A stretch of DNA of 64,000 nucleotides from an uncultured delta proteobacterium (GCA_963840855.1 CAWJBB010000069.1:1-64000), one strand, 5' to 3'; positions 52,641 through 62,841 are shown, counted from the stretch's first letter. Notes: generated by a model from the sequence alone, not told the origin. Program-made: numbers and translations.

Positions 52641-53791
52641 TGTCTCTTCTTCCCTGGCGCTCCGACAGGCCGTCCTTGATATTCTCCGGTTAAGGTATGC
52701 AAAAACTGTATGATCAACCTAATCTCCTCTGCGGTCAGCGTCCTTCCCAACTGAACTCTGATCATCGTCCTCACGGCGTCCTCAAGCGTCTGCGCGCGTC
52801 CATCGTGAAAGTATGGGCCGGTGGCCGCCACATTGCGCAGGCTCGGCACGCGGAACACCTCCCGGTCGCGCGGCGCCTTGGTCACGGCATAGCGCCCCAA
52901 GTCGACGGGGGCGCCGGGGATTTCCGCGCCACTGGCCTCCGCAAAAACGCCGAATTTCTGGTATATGTTGCCGCCGATATTCATTCCCTGATGGCAGGCC
53001 ACGCAGCCGTAGGATTTGAACAGTCCGTAGCCCTGCTGCTCCGCCTCCGTCAGCGCGTGCCGCTCACCGCGCAGATAGCGATCGAAACGAGCATTGGGCG
53101 TCAACAAGGACCGCTCGAAGGTAGCTAGAGCGGCCAACGCGTTGGCTCGCGTCAGGCCTTCGGGGTAAGCGTTGTTGAACCGGGCAACGTAGTCCGCATC
53201 AGCGCGCAACTTAGTGAGGAGCTCCGGCCAAGTCGTGTTCATCAATCTCGGACTCAACAGAACGATCTCGGCTTGGGCCTCTAAGGTTTGGGCGATGCCG
53301 TCCCAATTAAAAGAGGCATTAAATCCCACATTAAAAATTGTCGGGGTATTGCGAGCGGGCGACGAATCGTTGGCAGAGCTGGCACTGCGGCGGCCGTCCA
53401 TGCCGCCTTGGTCTAACGGATGGCAAGCAGCGCAGGATTTCGTATTGTCGCGAGACAGTCGCACATCGTTAAACAACCGTTCTCCGAGTGCCACCCGTTT
53501 CGGATCAAGATCCACGGAAAGCGGAAGGGGCGTAATGGGCTCTTGTGGCCCCGCAGCGGACGAGCTTGAAACCAGCACGCCGATGCGCCAGACCTTCGCC
53601 GGCTGCTGCGCCGCAACCGGCAAGCTAAGCGCGAAGAGCATGGCGCCTAGACCAGAGATCAGAACTCGGATATCGGAGATCGGTTTAACCACAGAGGAAC
53701 AGAGGGCACAGAGAAAGCGCTCCGTGCCTCGGCGGCGAATTTTTACCCTCTGATTTCTGACTGCTGCCCTCTGATCTCCGACCTCTGTCAT
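52637..53791 (-). CDS. Di-heme cytochrome c peroxidase/MauG-like protein (start uncertain)
   Basis: CAACH and CVACH heme motifs; LGERLFNDVRLS, RNTPTIFN, FRVPSLRNV and PYFHDG. Confidence 0.9.
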   Translation of the reverse strand: MTEVGDQRAAVRNQRVKIRRRGTERFLCALCSSVVKPISDIRVLISGLGAMLFALSLPVAAQQPAKVWRIGVLVSSSSAAGPQEPITPLPLSVDLDPKRVALGERLFNDVRLSRDNTKSCAACHPLDQGGMDGRRSASSANDSSPARNTPTIFNVGFNASFNWDGIAQTLEAQAEIVLLSPRLMNTTWPELLTKLRADADYVARFNNAYPEGLTRANALAALATFERSLLTPNARFDRYLRGERHALTEAEQQGYGLFKSYGCVACHQGMNIGGNIYQKFGVFAEASGAEIPGAPVDLGRYAVTKAPRDREVFRVPSLRNVAATGPYFHDGRAQTLEDAVRTMIRVQLGRTLTAEEIRLIIQFLHTLTGEYQGRPVGAPGKKRQ

Positions 53792-54776
53792 CTGATCACT
53801 TTATCCGCTCTATACAGCATAGATTGCGCAATTGTTAGGCCGATCTGCTTCGCCGTCTTGAGATTGATCACTAACTCGAACTTCGTCGGCTGCTCGACCG
53901 GCAGATCGGCAGGCTTGGCTCCCTTCAGGATTCTGTCCACGTAATATGCGACGCGCCGGTAGCTGTCCGCGATGTCCGCCCCGTAGGACATGAGTCCACC
54001 GGCATCTACAGGTGCTCTGGTGCTGTACATCGACGGTAGTCGGCTCTTTAACGCAAAGCCCAGAATCCGTCTCCGGTTCGCATTCACAAGCGGACCCGCG
54101 GGAAAATAGAGTCCGTCCGGGCGCTCCTTGTTTAGCGCAGCGAATACCTTCTCGAAACCGTCCGCAGCTCGTACCTCCCAAGGCTGAATAGTCAACCGCA
54201 GTGCACGCGCCGCGACCGGGAGATCCTCTTTCACCTCGCGTACACTGGTCGGACTGGTCGGATCGTAGAGAACCGCCACACGGCCAAGTTTGGGAACCGC
54301 TTCTTTGAGCAGCTCCAGTCGCTTACCGCCAATTTCCGTGCCAAAGCTCGTAGGGCCGGTTACGTTGCCGCCGGGACGGGCAAGGCTTTCAATGTAGCCT
54401 GCCTCGACAGGATCGATCCCACTGCTCGCCATAACGATGGGAATCGTCTTGGTCGCTTTCTTGGCTGCCCCGATCCCCTGTCCCCTACCGCCACGATGAT
54501 ATCAACTTTGAGACGCACCAGCTCGGCTGCAAGCTCAGGGAAGCGATCGACTTTCCCTTCCGCATATCGGTACTCGATGGCGATATTCTGGCCTTCTATG
54601 TATCCCAACTCGCGCAGAGCCAGCCGAATGGCCTCGGAACGGGCGGACTCACTGGCTGGATTGGTATTCGATAGATAGCCTATTCGCGGGACCTTCTTCG
54701 GCTGCTGCGCCGTGGCGGGAAAGCTAAGCGCAAAGAGCATGGCGCAAAGAGCAAGGACGGTGATTTTTCTCTTCAT
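53788..54776 (-). CDS. ABC transporter substrate-binding protein (ABC_sub_bind type), frameshift near 54480
   Basis: QQPKKVPRIGYL, LARPGGNVTG, KRLELLKE, GGLMSYG and [18 protein letters not shown] motifs. Confidence 0.88.
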
Positions 54777-54951
54777 ATTTTTCTTTGCCTCTTCCCACTC
54801 GTCACTCGACACATGACACTCGCCCCCCTCACCTTATTGCGCACCTCATTTCGAGCGTTATGTATCACGCGGATGGAGATAAAGGAAAGTGTGATTTACA
54901 CGGCGAAAGACAACAGGTATTCGTCGAGTGGAAAAACCAGATTTTTAGCCT

Positions 54952-55021
54952 GAGATTGAACTGAACGACGCAAAGGACAAATCTCACAGGATTGAGTAGA
55001 TGGAGAATTCAATTCAATCCT
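54952..55021. repeat. 70-bp palindromic intergenic element, copy 1
   Basis: GATTGAACTGAA...CAAATCTCACAGGATT...TTCAATTCAATCCT. Confidence 0.85.
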
Positions 55022-55046
55022 GGCAGCGCAGCTTTGTTTTCTTCCA

Positions 55047-56074
55047 TCACTTAATCACCTTGTCCGCCCGCTCCAGTACCCTGGGCGGAAGGGTCAGTCC
55101 GATCTGTTTCGCCGCCTTCAAGTTGATCACAAACTCAAACTTCGTCGCCTGCTGCACCGGCAAATCAGCCGGTTTGGCGCCTTTCAAGATCTTGTCCACG
55201 TAAACAGCCGCGCGCCGAAAGAGGTCATCGAAGTCCGCCCCATAGGACATAAGGCCGCCCTCATCGACAAACTCCTTCTGGAAGTAAATAGCCGGCAACC
55301 GATGCTTGACGGCAAGCTCGACGATGCGCTTTCTTTCGGCGAAAAAAGTGCGACTGCTGATCGTCATAATCCCGCCCACCTGCTTCTGCTTCGCGGTTTG
55401 AAAGGCGCTCTCTAAACCTTTGGCATCGGGTTGAGTTTCTATCTCCTCCAATTTTAGCTTCAGCGCCAGAGCCGCAGGCCTGATCTCTTTCAGTTGGGGG
55501 CTGATCGACGACGTCCGCAGAAGGCCAACTCGGGCGAGCTTGGGGATCGCGTCCTTGAGTACCTCTAGCCTTTTGCTGTTTAGCTCAGTCCCTAAGGACG
55601 ATGATCCAGTGACATTCCCTCCTGGCCGCGCCAGACTGGCAACATGACCGAACCCACGGGGTCCACAGAGTTCGCCAGCACGATGGGGATGGTAGTAGTC
55701 GCTTTCTTCGCCGCTAACGCCGGTGGGTCCCCTGTGGTCACGATCAAATCAACATTGAGACGAACCAAGTCCGCCGCAAGCTCAGCCAAACGCTCAGCGC
55801 CTTTTCCCTCTGCAAACCGGTACTCGATCGCGATATTCTTCCCCTCTATCCATCCAAGCTTGCTCAGCTCTTGTCGGAACGCCTCCGAGAGGACCGCGAT
55901 ACCAGAAGCAGTGCTCCCATCCAGGAAACCTATGCGAGCGACTTTCGCCGGCTGCTGCGCCTCGGCAGACACGCAAAGCGCAAAGAGCATGGCGCCGATC
56001 AGGATTGCGAATTTGAGATTGCGGAGTGCGGATTTTAGATGAACCTGCAAAGAGTCCATTCGAACTCGTTTCAT
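55047..56074 (-). CDS. ABC transporter substrate-binding protein (ABC_sub_bind type), frameshifts at ~55600-55650
   Basis: Same family motifs across ORFs 55592..56074 and 55047..55451. Confidence 0.85.
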
Positions 56075-56116
56075 TGTTTTTCCCTCAATCCGAAATTCGA
56101 AATCCGCAATCCGAAA

Positions 56117-56162
56117 TTACTTAATGACTTTATCCGCTCTCGCCAGCACATTCGGTGGAATC
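56117..56162 (-). pseudogene. C-terminal stub of an ABC SBP gene
   Basis: IPPNVLARADKVIK*. Confidence 0.75.
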
Positions 56163-56436
56163 GAGGTCTCCCATAACAACTACGGACAAGCAATAGGCTC
56201 GCGGACGGCGAAAGCTCAGACGCCACGGTTTATCTCATAGTCGAGATATCGCGTCAATTGCCGCAGCAACTTAGGCCGCAAGTAGGGTGCCAATCTGCGG
56301 ACATGTAATGATCTGCGAGATTTATCGAACACAGAACGCTTTTCCGAGAAGTCGCTCGAGTTTCGGGTTCAGAAGGACAAGAAAAGGTAGCTTTTGTGTT
56401 TTCCGGCGAAGCAAAAATGCTTCGCTCGGATAGAAT

Positions 56437-56484
56437 GAACTACCCCGCAGCAAGCTGCGGGGAATTAGACCCATAGAGATTAAA
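56437..56484. repeat. GC-rich hairpin resembling an IS200/IS605-type end or REP
   Basis: CCCCGCAGC-AA-GCTGCGGGG at 56443..56462; no transposase nearby. Confidence 0.45.
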
Positions 56485-56611
56485 TAACCCGGTCCCGCGG
56501 CCTTCTTGACGGCCAGAGCTACGCCGTAATAAGGAATTCTGTAGCATCAACGAGCAGTTGATTGGAGAGTCTATCGTAGGCCTGGAACCCTTGATCCTCA
56601 GGAGGTAAAGT

Positions 56612-57751
56612 ATGGATGCCAGCTCTTTCAAAAGAGTTAAATCCGGCTTTTTTCTCGGCTTGTGGTTGCTCGCCACGAGTAGCCTGGCCGCTGACATAAA
56701 TCCCTCCCTGTTGAAGGCCAAAAAAGACGCTGAGGCCAAAGGCTACATCTTTGAAACCAGCCGCGATGCAATTGTCGCTAAGGCCAGAAAGGAAGGCCGA
56801 GTTAAATCGCTCAGCAGCTTAGAGAACGATGTACATCCTCACCTGATAGAAAGTTTCAGGAAAAAATATCCCTTCCTCGCCGTTGAAATGGTCGACATCC
56901 AAGGACCCGATGCCGCCCAGCGCTTCGTGATGGAAATGAAGGCGGGCACTGTCCGCGAGTGGGACATTGCCAATGTCTCAACCGATTTCTATCCGGAGTA
57001 TCCTCCTTTTGCAAAAAAGTTTGACATTCTTGGAATGGCAGAGCACGGGATCCTGAAGATTTCGCCCAAGATGATCGACCCGCAGCATCGCAACTTCGTA
57101 TCTCTTACGACAGGTATCAGCGTGCCGGTTTACAACAAAAATCTCATTTCAGAGGACAAGGTCCCTAACAGGTGGGAGGATTTTCTTAAGCCTGAGTTCA
57201 AGGGAAAAAAATTCCTGGTCGATCTCCGTCCCCATGTCTTCGCGGCTTTTCCCGCATGCCCGAAAGAAGGCCTTGGCCCAGAGTGGACGATGAAGCTAGC
57301 GAGAGGGTTACGCGACCAAGAGCCGGTATGGTTTCGTGGCAACAGCAGGGGCATTAGCGCGATCCAGTCGGGAGAATATTCGCTTCACTTTGCCATCCAC
57401 TACCAGTCGGTCGTAAGAGCGATGCAGAAAGATCGCGCGGGCGCGCTGCAGCTCAAGATCATCGAGCCGGTGCCGGTCCGGGACTCTAGCTTTGAGACGA
57501 TACTGAGCTCGGCCCCGCATCCGTATGCCGCGCTGTTGCTCCTCGAGCATGAGGCCAGTCCTGAGGGACAGAATTTGGTCGATAAGTACTACCCCCAAGT
57601 AGCGTCGGTTCATTCGCCGGGAAGCCACCTGTCCAGGTTGCTCAAAGGTAAAAAGCTTTGCGTCAACGACTTCGAGACTTTTCACAACTCCGCGAAGTGG
57701 ATGGCGCAGGCGGTCGAGGCTTTTGGCTTTCCCAATGCAGAGGGGAAATAG
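56612..57751 (+). CDS. ABC transporter extracellular solute-binding protein
   Basis: [23 protein letters not shown] and APHPYAALL motifs; AGGAGG RBS; same family as 1..974. Confidence 0.85.
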   Translation: MDASSFKRVKSGFFLGLWLLATSSLAADINPSLLKAKKDAEAKGYIFETSRDAIVAKARKEGRVKSLSSLENDVHPHLIESFRKKYPFLAVEMVDIQGPDAAQRFVMEMKAGTVREWDIANVSTDFYPEYPPFAKKFDILGMAEHGILKISPKMIDPQHRNFVSLTTGISVPVYNKNLISEDKVPNRWEDFLKPEFKGKKFLVDLRPHVFAAFPACPKEGLGPEWTMKLARGLRDQEPVWFRGNSRGISAIQSGEYSLHFAIHYQSVVRAMQKDRAGALQLKIIEPVPVRDSSFETILSSAPHPYAALLLLEHEASPEGQNLVDKYYPQVASVHSPGSHLSRLLKGKKLCVNDFETFHNSAKWMAQAVEAFGFPNAEGK

Positions 57752-57758
57752 ATGCGGC

Positions 57759-57847
57759 TCTCGCGCGCATCTCCAACCGCATCAGCAACCATGTCCGCGG
57801 CGTCAACCGCGTCGTCTACGACATCTCCTCGAAGCCACCCGCCACGG
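57759..57847 (+). pseudogene. guaA: GMP synthase C-terminal fragment
   Basis: [29 protein letters not shown]; the terminal IEWE is missing. Confidence 0.85.
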
Positions 57848-57910
57848 AAGCCAGGACTTTCCTATCACTTGTTCGAGTTTGCGAATTTCTCTAGGTGAGC
57901 GGCGATCACG

Positions 57911-58039
57911 TTAGCCGCCAATTGATTCCCCGCAATATTCCAGTGTGTAGTCGCGCGCGTCTACGAGCAAACCCGTCTTGTTGGCCTCGCAAATATCCCA
58001 GCAGTTGCTTCCCGGGTTTAGGATTCTGTGATCAGTCAT
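57911..58039 (-). pseudogene. N-terminal fragment of a phospholipase D-like protein
   Basis: MTDHRILNPGSNCWDICEANKTGLLVDARDY, then diverges. Family assigned by recalled resemblance. Confidence 0.55.
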
Positions 58040-58180
58040 GATTTCAGTAACAATACTGAAGTCGCTGCCTGTTTTCCAGCAAGCGACGATAGCCCGAATC
58101 GTATTATCTCCTCATTGAGAGCGGAGGCCAGCGGAGACGGGGCGTGAGCCGGCACCTATTCCGGAGGCACTCTTTAAAAT

Positions 58181-59146
58181 CTAAGATTTCGAGTCTTTTC
58201 GCTCTGATCTCGTCAGCCGTCGCCGCGTCTTTTGTGGGCACAAGAAGGAAATCGAATGAGCCCCGATTCTAACATCGATGATTTTGGACTGCTTCTTTTT
58301 CTTGCGATCGTCATTTGACCACGGCTTATCATCAATGTGAACCGGAGACCCGTCCCATTCGATTTGTAGATGTCGGCCGCGTTGCACGGTAAGCTTCGCA
58401 TCGACATTCCGTCCACGTATGCAGTGCGTGAGATATCGGCTCAGTTTCTTTTCTTCTCCGTGAACAAGCAGAACGACCTCGAGCAGACCATCGTTGGTGT
58501 CCGCAGTCGGAGCGAGATCCAGGTTTGGACCGACATATCGTATATTCAATGCCTGCAGCAGAATGTAATCGCCCGACAGATCCTCATCATCCAAAAGCAC
58601 CGAAAGTTTCTTCGGAGTGTGTTTTTCTAGCCGTTCCTTTAGAATGGCGAGGACTCTCTCAATTTCGTCGTCGCGGCGAACATCAGCTGCCAGGAGGGGA
58701 TGGTTGCGTTGCTCCAGCTTCAACATTGTCGAGGCAAACAGACCGAATCCAAAACCTTCAATGAAGTAATATGAACCCCATGGCCCATCCACCTCGCCTA
58801 CGTCAAAGTTGACTCGGCGCGCAGAATCCCAGTCGGCAATGAGGGGGTCTAAAGCCCTTCCGGTCAACCCCAAGCTGTGACCGACATTATTGGCGGTGCC
58901 CAGAGGGAGAATCGCAATCGGAGTCGGATTGCCGACCATTCGGCGGGCAACTTTTCCAACGGTGCCGTCTCCGCCGGCAACAGCGATAATATCTGTGGAT
59001 TTCTTCAGCGCCTTTTTCCAATCATTGTCTTTAGAAGAATAATATTTGACCTTATGGCCCGCGGCCTGGATCATATCGGTAATCCGATCACCTGTAGGCT
59101 GTGAGTCGTCACCGGCGGATGGGTTATGAATCAATGTAACTTTAAT
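58181..59146 (-). CDS. Diacylglycerol/lipid kinase family protein (apparent ATT start)
   Basis: LIHNPSAG, VAGGDGT, LPLGTANN and DGLLEV motifs. Confidence 0.88.
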   Translation of the reverse strand: MKVTLIHNPSAGDDSQPTGDRITDMIQAAGHKVKYYSSKDNDWKKALKKSTDIIAVAGGDGTVGKVARRMVGNPTPIAILPLGTANNVGHSLGLTGRALDPLIADWDSARRVNFDVGEVDGPWGSYYFIEGFGFGLFASTMLKLEQRNHPLLAADVRRDDEIERVLAILKERLEKHTPKKLSVLLDDEDLSGDYILLQALNIRYVGPNLDLAPTADTNDGLLEVVLLVHGEEKKLSRYLTHCIRGRNVDAKLTVQRGRHLQIEWDGSPVHIDDKPWSNDDRKKKKQSKIIDVRIGAHSISFLCPQKTRRRLTRSERKDSKS

Positions 59147-59180
59147 TGGTTTGCTTCTCCTTCGTGTACAATTTACCGCT

Positions 59181-59250
59181 AGGATTGAACTGAACGACGC
59201 AACGGACAAATCTCACAGGATTGAATCGTCGGAGAATTCAGTTCAATCCT
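59181..59250. repeat. 70-bp palindromic intergenic element, copy 2
   Basis: Perfect 14-bp arms AGGATTGAACTGAA/TTCAGTTCAATCCT. Confidence 0.88.
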
Positions 59251-59275
59251 GGCAGCGCCGCTTGGTTTTCTGCCA

Positions 59276-60265
59276 TCATTTGATCAGCCTATTCGCTCGG
59301 GCGAGCACCTCCGGCGGAATCGTCAAGCCTATCTGCTTTGCCGCTTTGAGATTGATGACGAAATCGAATTTCTTGGGCCGATCCACCGGTATGTCAGCGG
59401 GTTTTGTCCCCTTGAGAATCTTATCCACGATCTCAGCGGCGCGCCGGAGCATCTCTGAACGATCCTCTGAGTAAGTCATCAGTCCACCTGCCTCAACGTA
59501 CCGAACGTTGGGATACACGCCTGGAAGCCGATTCTTTGCCGCTAGCTCTACGATCCGTTTTTGGTGAGAGCTGAGGAACCCGCCGCCGCCGCCCAACATA
59601 AGCGCCTGAGCACGCTTCTTTGTTGCAGCTTGAAATGCCCTTTCGATGTCGTCAGGCCCTTTCACCTCTAAGGATTGGATCCCTAACCGTAAATACCGAG
59701 CCACAGTCTCTGTCTCTTTCATCGCATAGTCCGCCTCTGGATTGGTCGGACTCCAGAGATATCCCACCTGCGAGAGTTTTGGAATTATTTCCTTGAGCAG
59801 TTCAAGCCGTTTTCCGTTTAGTTCGGTGTTAATAGAGGTCAGCCCCGTGATGTTTCCACCGGGGTGTGCGAGGCTCGCGATGATGCCACGCCTTTCGGCA
59901 TCCGCGCCGAATGCCATTACAACGGGGATCGTCTTGATCACTTTTTTAGCAACCTCCGCCGCTTCAGTCCCAGTGGTAACGATAACGTCGCAGTTGAGAC
60001 GGACTAGCTCGGCGGCGAGGTCTGGCAACCGATCAACCTTCCCCTCCGAGAACCGGTACTCGATTGTGAAGTTCTGCTCCTCGACGTAACCGATCTCGCG
60101 TAAACGATCACGAAATGGCTTCACGTAAATTGTTTCAGTAGAAGCATTGCTCGCTCCCAGAAAACATATCCGCGCCACTTTCTTCGGCTGCTGCGCCTCG
60201 GCTATGACTGCAACAGCAAGTAGGATCACTACGAACAGGATTGACAAGACACCAGCTTTTTTCAT
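59276..60265 (-). CDS. ABC transporter substrate-binding protein (ABC_sub_bind type)
   Basis: Signal peptide; QQPKKVARI, LAHPGGNITG and GGLMTY motifs. Confidence 0.9.
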   Translation of the reverse strand: MKKAGVLSILFVVILLAVAVIAEAQQPKKVARICFLGASNASTETIYVKPFRDRLREIGYVEEQNFTIEYRFSEGKVDRLPDLAAELVRLNCDVIVTTGTEAAEVAKKVIKTIPVVMAFGADAERRGIIASLAHPGGNITGLTSINTELNGKRLELLKEIIPKLSQVGYLWSPTNPEADYAMKETETVARYLRLGIQSLEVKGPDDIERAFQAATKKRAQALMLGGGGGFLSSHQKRIVELAAKNRLPGVYPNVRYVEAGGLMTYSEDRSEMLRRAAEIVDKILKGTKPADIPVDRPKKFDFVINLKAAKQIGLTIPPEVLARANRLIK

Positions 60266-60370
60266 TGCAGACACCATGTGCGCATTACGCGGAAGGTAGC
60301 AGAGAAAAGTGACATTTACGACAGAAGGCGAAAGGTATTCCGTCGAGTGGAAAAACCAGATTTTTAGCCT

Positions 60371-60440
60371 GAGATTGAACTGAACGACGCAACGGACAAA
60401 TCTCACAGGATTTAGTAGACGGAGAATTCAGTTCAATCCT
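60371..60440. repeat. 70-bp palindromic intergenic element, copy 3
   Basis: Near-identical to copy 1, including about 35 bp of left flank. Confidence 0.88.
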
Positions 60441-60466
60441 GGCGTCGCTGTTTGTTTTTCCTGGCA

Positions 60467-61453
60467 TCACTTGATCACTTTATCCGCTCTATACAGTACG
60501 GACTGCGGGATGGTCAGGCCGATCTGCTTGGCAGCTTTAAGATTAATGATGAACTCGAATTTCGTCGGTTGCTCGACTGGGAGATCAGCGGGCTTGGCGC
60601 CTTTCAATATCTTGTCGACATACGTCGCGGCGCGGCGGAACAATTCGGGATAGTTCGTGCCGTAGGTCATGAGTCCGCCGGCGTCGACATATTCCGGCCT
60701 GGCATAGGCCGCCGGCAGCCGATGCTTTGCCGCAAGGTCGACAACTTGTTGGCGCTGGAGATTGAGGATGGGATTCCCCAGCACCAGAAGCGCATGGGCG
60801 CGCCCCTTGGCGGCGGCTCGGACCACCGGCTCAATATCCTTGGGATCTTGGACGTCCAGATATCGAAGATAGATGTCGTAGGATCCGGCGGCGAGTACCG
60901 TCTCTCGTAAAACTTGTGCGTCGCCTGGGTTGGTCGAATTGCCGATGATAGCCACACGCGAAAGTTTGGGAACGATCTCTTTCAGGAGCTCCAGTTGTTT
61001 GCCGCTCATCTCCGGTGCCAGAGCCGCCAATCCAGTGATGTTCCCGCCAGGTTTCGCCAGACTGGCGATGAACCCGTTGCCGACGGGATCGGTATCTTGC
61101 CCCATGACGATCGGTATCGTAGAAGTTGCTTCTTTGAGGACACGGGTTATCGTCGGCCCAGCGGAGACGATGACGTCGACCTTCAGACGCACGAGCTCGG
61201 CGGCAAGTTCATTGCGACGCTCGATTTTTCCTTCTGAAGAGCGCCACTCGATGATGATGTTCTTACCTTCAATGTACCCGATCTCGCGGAGACCTTGGCG
61301 GAAGCCTTCGATGCGAGCGGTCATAGCAGAAGCAGGCGCGTCGAGCTGAAATCCTATACGCGGGACCTTCGCCGACTGCTGCGCCTCGGCTATCAACACA
61401 ACACCGAGCAGCGTCACTGCAACCAAGATTAACGACCAACGAGCTTTGATCAT
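60467..61453 (-). CDS. ABC transporter substrate-binding protein (ABC_sub_bind type)
   Basis: Signal peptide; LAKPGGNITG, KQLELLKE and [13 protein letters not shown] motifs. Confidence 0.92.
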   Translation of the reverse strand: MIKARWSLILVAVTLLGVVLIAEAQQSAKVPRIGFQLDAPASAMTARIEGFRQGLREIGYIEGKNIIIEWRSSEGKIERRNELAAELVRLKVDVIVSAGPTITRVLKEATSTIPIVMGQDTDPVGNGFIASLAKPGGNITGLAALAPEMSGKQLELLKEIVPKLSRVAIIGNSTNPGDAQVLRETVLAAGSYDIYLRYLDVQDPKDIEPVVRAAAKGRAHALLVLGNPILNLQRQQVVDLAAKHRLPAAYARPEYVDAGGLMTYGTNYPELFRRAATYVDKILKGAKPADLPVEQPTKFEFIINLKAAKQIGLTIPQSVLYRADKVIK

Positions 61454-61565
61454 TGCTCACCTCGTTCATGAGCAAACTTATCACGCTCGCGGTAATTGCG
61501 AAAACGATTAGTTACGGCATAAGAAAAACCCGATTTGTCGAGGGGAAAAAAGGCAATTTCGACGC

Positions 61566-61635
61566 AGGATTGAATTGTACGACGCAACGAACAAATCTCA
61601 CAGGATTGTGTCGTCGGAGAAATTAGTTCAATCCT
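61566..61635. repeat. 70-bp palindromic intergenic element, copy 4
   Basis: AGGATTGAATTGTACGACGCAACGAACAAATCTCACAGGATTG...GTTCAATCCT. Confidence 0.85.
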
Positions 61636-61808
61636 CGCGGTTCCCGCGTCCTCGCGGCGCTCAAAGCCCACGATAATTATTCGTAGAGTTGTCTACTATT
61701 GGACAGTAATCCTTACCCATTGGCTTATGTTAAGGTTAGGAATTGAATAACGTGATTCGTTGGACGGCGGCCTACCAGATTCGGAAGGCCCAGCCTTTTT
61801 GGAGAAAC

Positions 61809-62069
61809 ATGATGGACAGAACATGGTCGGTAGAAATTGAAGGCAAGAAACACCTGATCGAAGTTGACTATGGCAGGAATGCCAGCCAGACCGGCAAACT
61901 ATTGGTCGACGGCAATGAATTGCAGACTTGGAAGAATGCTCAGCATTTGGACGTCCCTCCAGAGATTACTTTCCAGGTCGAAGGCAAACCGGCCGTCTTA
62001 CGCGCAAAGGGGTTTTTTAAACCCAGGATAGATTTCTTTTTTGGAGGGCAATTAATAGAACAAGCTTAA
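61809..62069 (+). CDS. Hypothetical small beta-rich protein
   Basis: GGAG RBS; ORF MMDRTWSVEIEGKKHLIEV... Confidence 0.6.
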   Translation: MMDRTWSVEIEGKKHLIEVDYGRNASQTGKLLVDGNELQTWKNAQHLDVPPEITFQVEGKPAVLRAKGFFKPRIDFFFGGQLIEQA

Positions 62070-62250
62070 TTCAAAATTAGGCATACCGGAGGGCGAGTTT
62101 TAAAGCCCCTCGACTGCCTTCTTACCGAGTCTATTCAATATACAGATTCTTAACTGTTCGGTACAAAGGATTTAGCAGGGATCAGCAGCAAGAGGCTAGG
62201 GCCTGCAAACGTGCACGCGCGCAGTCTTTAGCTGCGAGAAAGGGGATTAT

Positions 62251-62841
62251 ATGGAGAGAATTCTTTTTCTTCTTTTCATTCTCTATTCGCTTTTTGTTGC
62301 TTCAATTATCTCAGCTGCTGAGAGTCAAACATGGATGATACGACCCGGCGACAATCTTGATATCATTGCGACGACTCTGGAAATTCCCAAAGAAGAAATT
62401 AAAAAACATAATCCCGGGGTTTTGGAGAACAGTCTCCAAATCGGCCAGAAGCTGAAACTGCCGCTTCGCTCATATGTAGAGGTTAAGACGCTGGAAGACG
62501 AACTGGGCAAAAAAGTTGAGCGGATTGGAAAGCTCGAAAGAAAAAGCAGTGATTCTGAGCAAAAAATCGCTAGCGCAGAATCGCAGTTGCGCTGGCATCC
62601 CGTTTGGCTTTGGGGATTCTGGATTTCTTTCGGCATTATTGCATTTATAGTTTCCGGCGCATATTGGATTTTTCGTCAAACGCACCCGCAGGTTTTTGAG
62701 CAACCGCATGACCGGTCCATCAGAGACTTAAGAGAAAGCAAAATACGAGCGCGGTCATCATTTCCGCACGACGAAGAAGGTGCAAGCAGCCGCGGAGGCA
62801 AATGGCAGCCGTCACTGAAGCCGCTTCCCGCACACCGTTAG
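62251..62841 (+). CDS. LysM-domain protein with coiled coil and TM helix
   Basis: Signal peptide; IRPGDNLDIIA...HNP...LQIGQKLKLP. Confidence 0.8.
   Translation: MERILFLLFILYSLFVASIISAAESQTWMIRPGDNLDIIATTLEIPKEEIKKHNPGVLENSLQIGQKLKLPLRSYVEVKTLEDELGKKVERIGKLERKSSDSEQKIASAESQLRWHPVWLWGFWISFGIIAFIVSGAYWIFRQTHPQVFEQPHDRSIRDLRESKIRARSSFPHDEEGASSRGGKWQPSLKPLPAHR

Noticed and set aside
54952-61635. 70-bp repeats as a CRISPR array or integron
   Set aside because: Spacing is kilobases, no cas or intI gene is present, and the R/L boxes do not fit the attC consensus.
60285-61671. Small ORFs sharing RIEL...SCEIC (60285..60470 and 61450..61671) as a conserved peptide family
   Set aside because: They are translations of the 70-bp element. 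In copies 1 and 2 the equivalent start is in another frame and stops after 12 codons.
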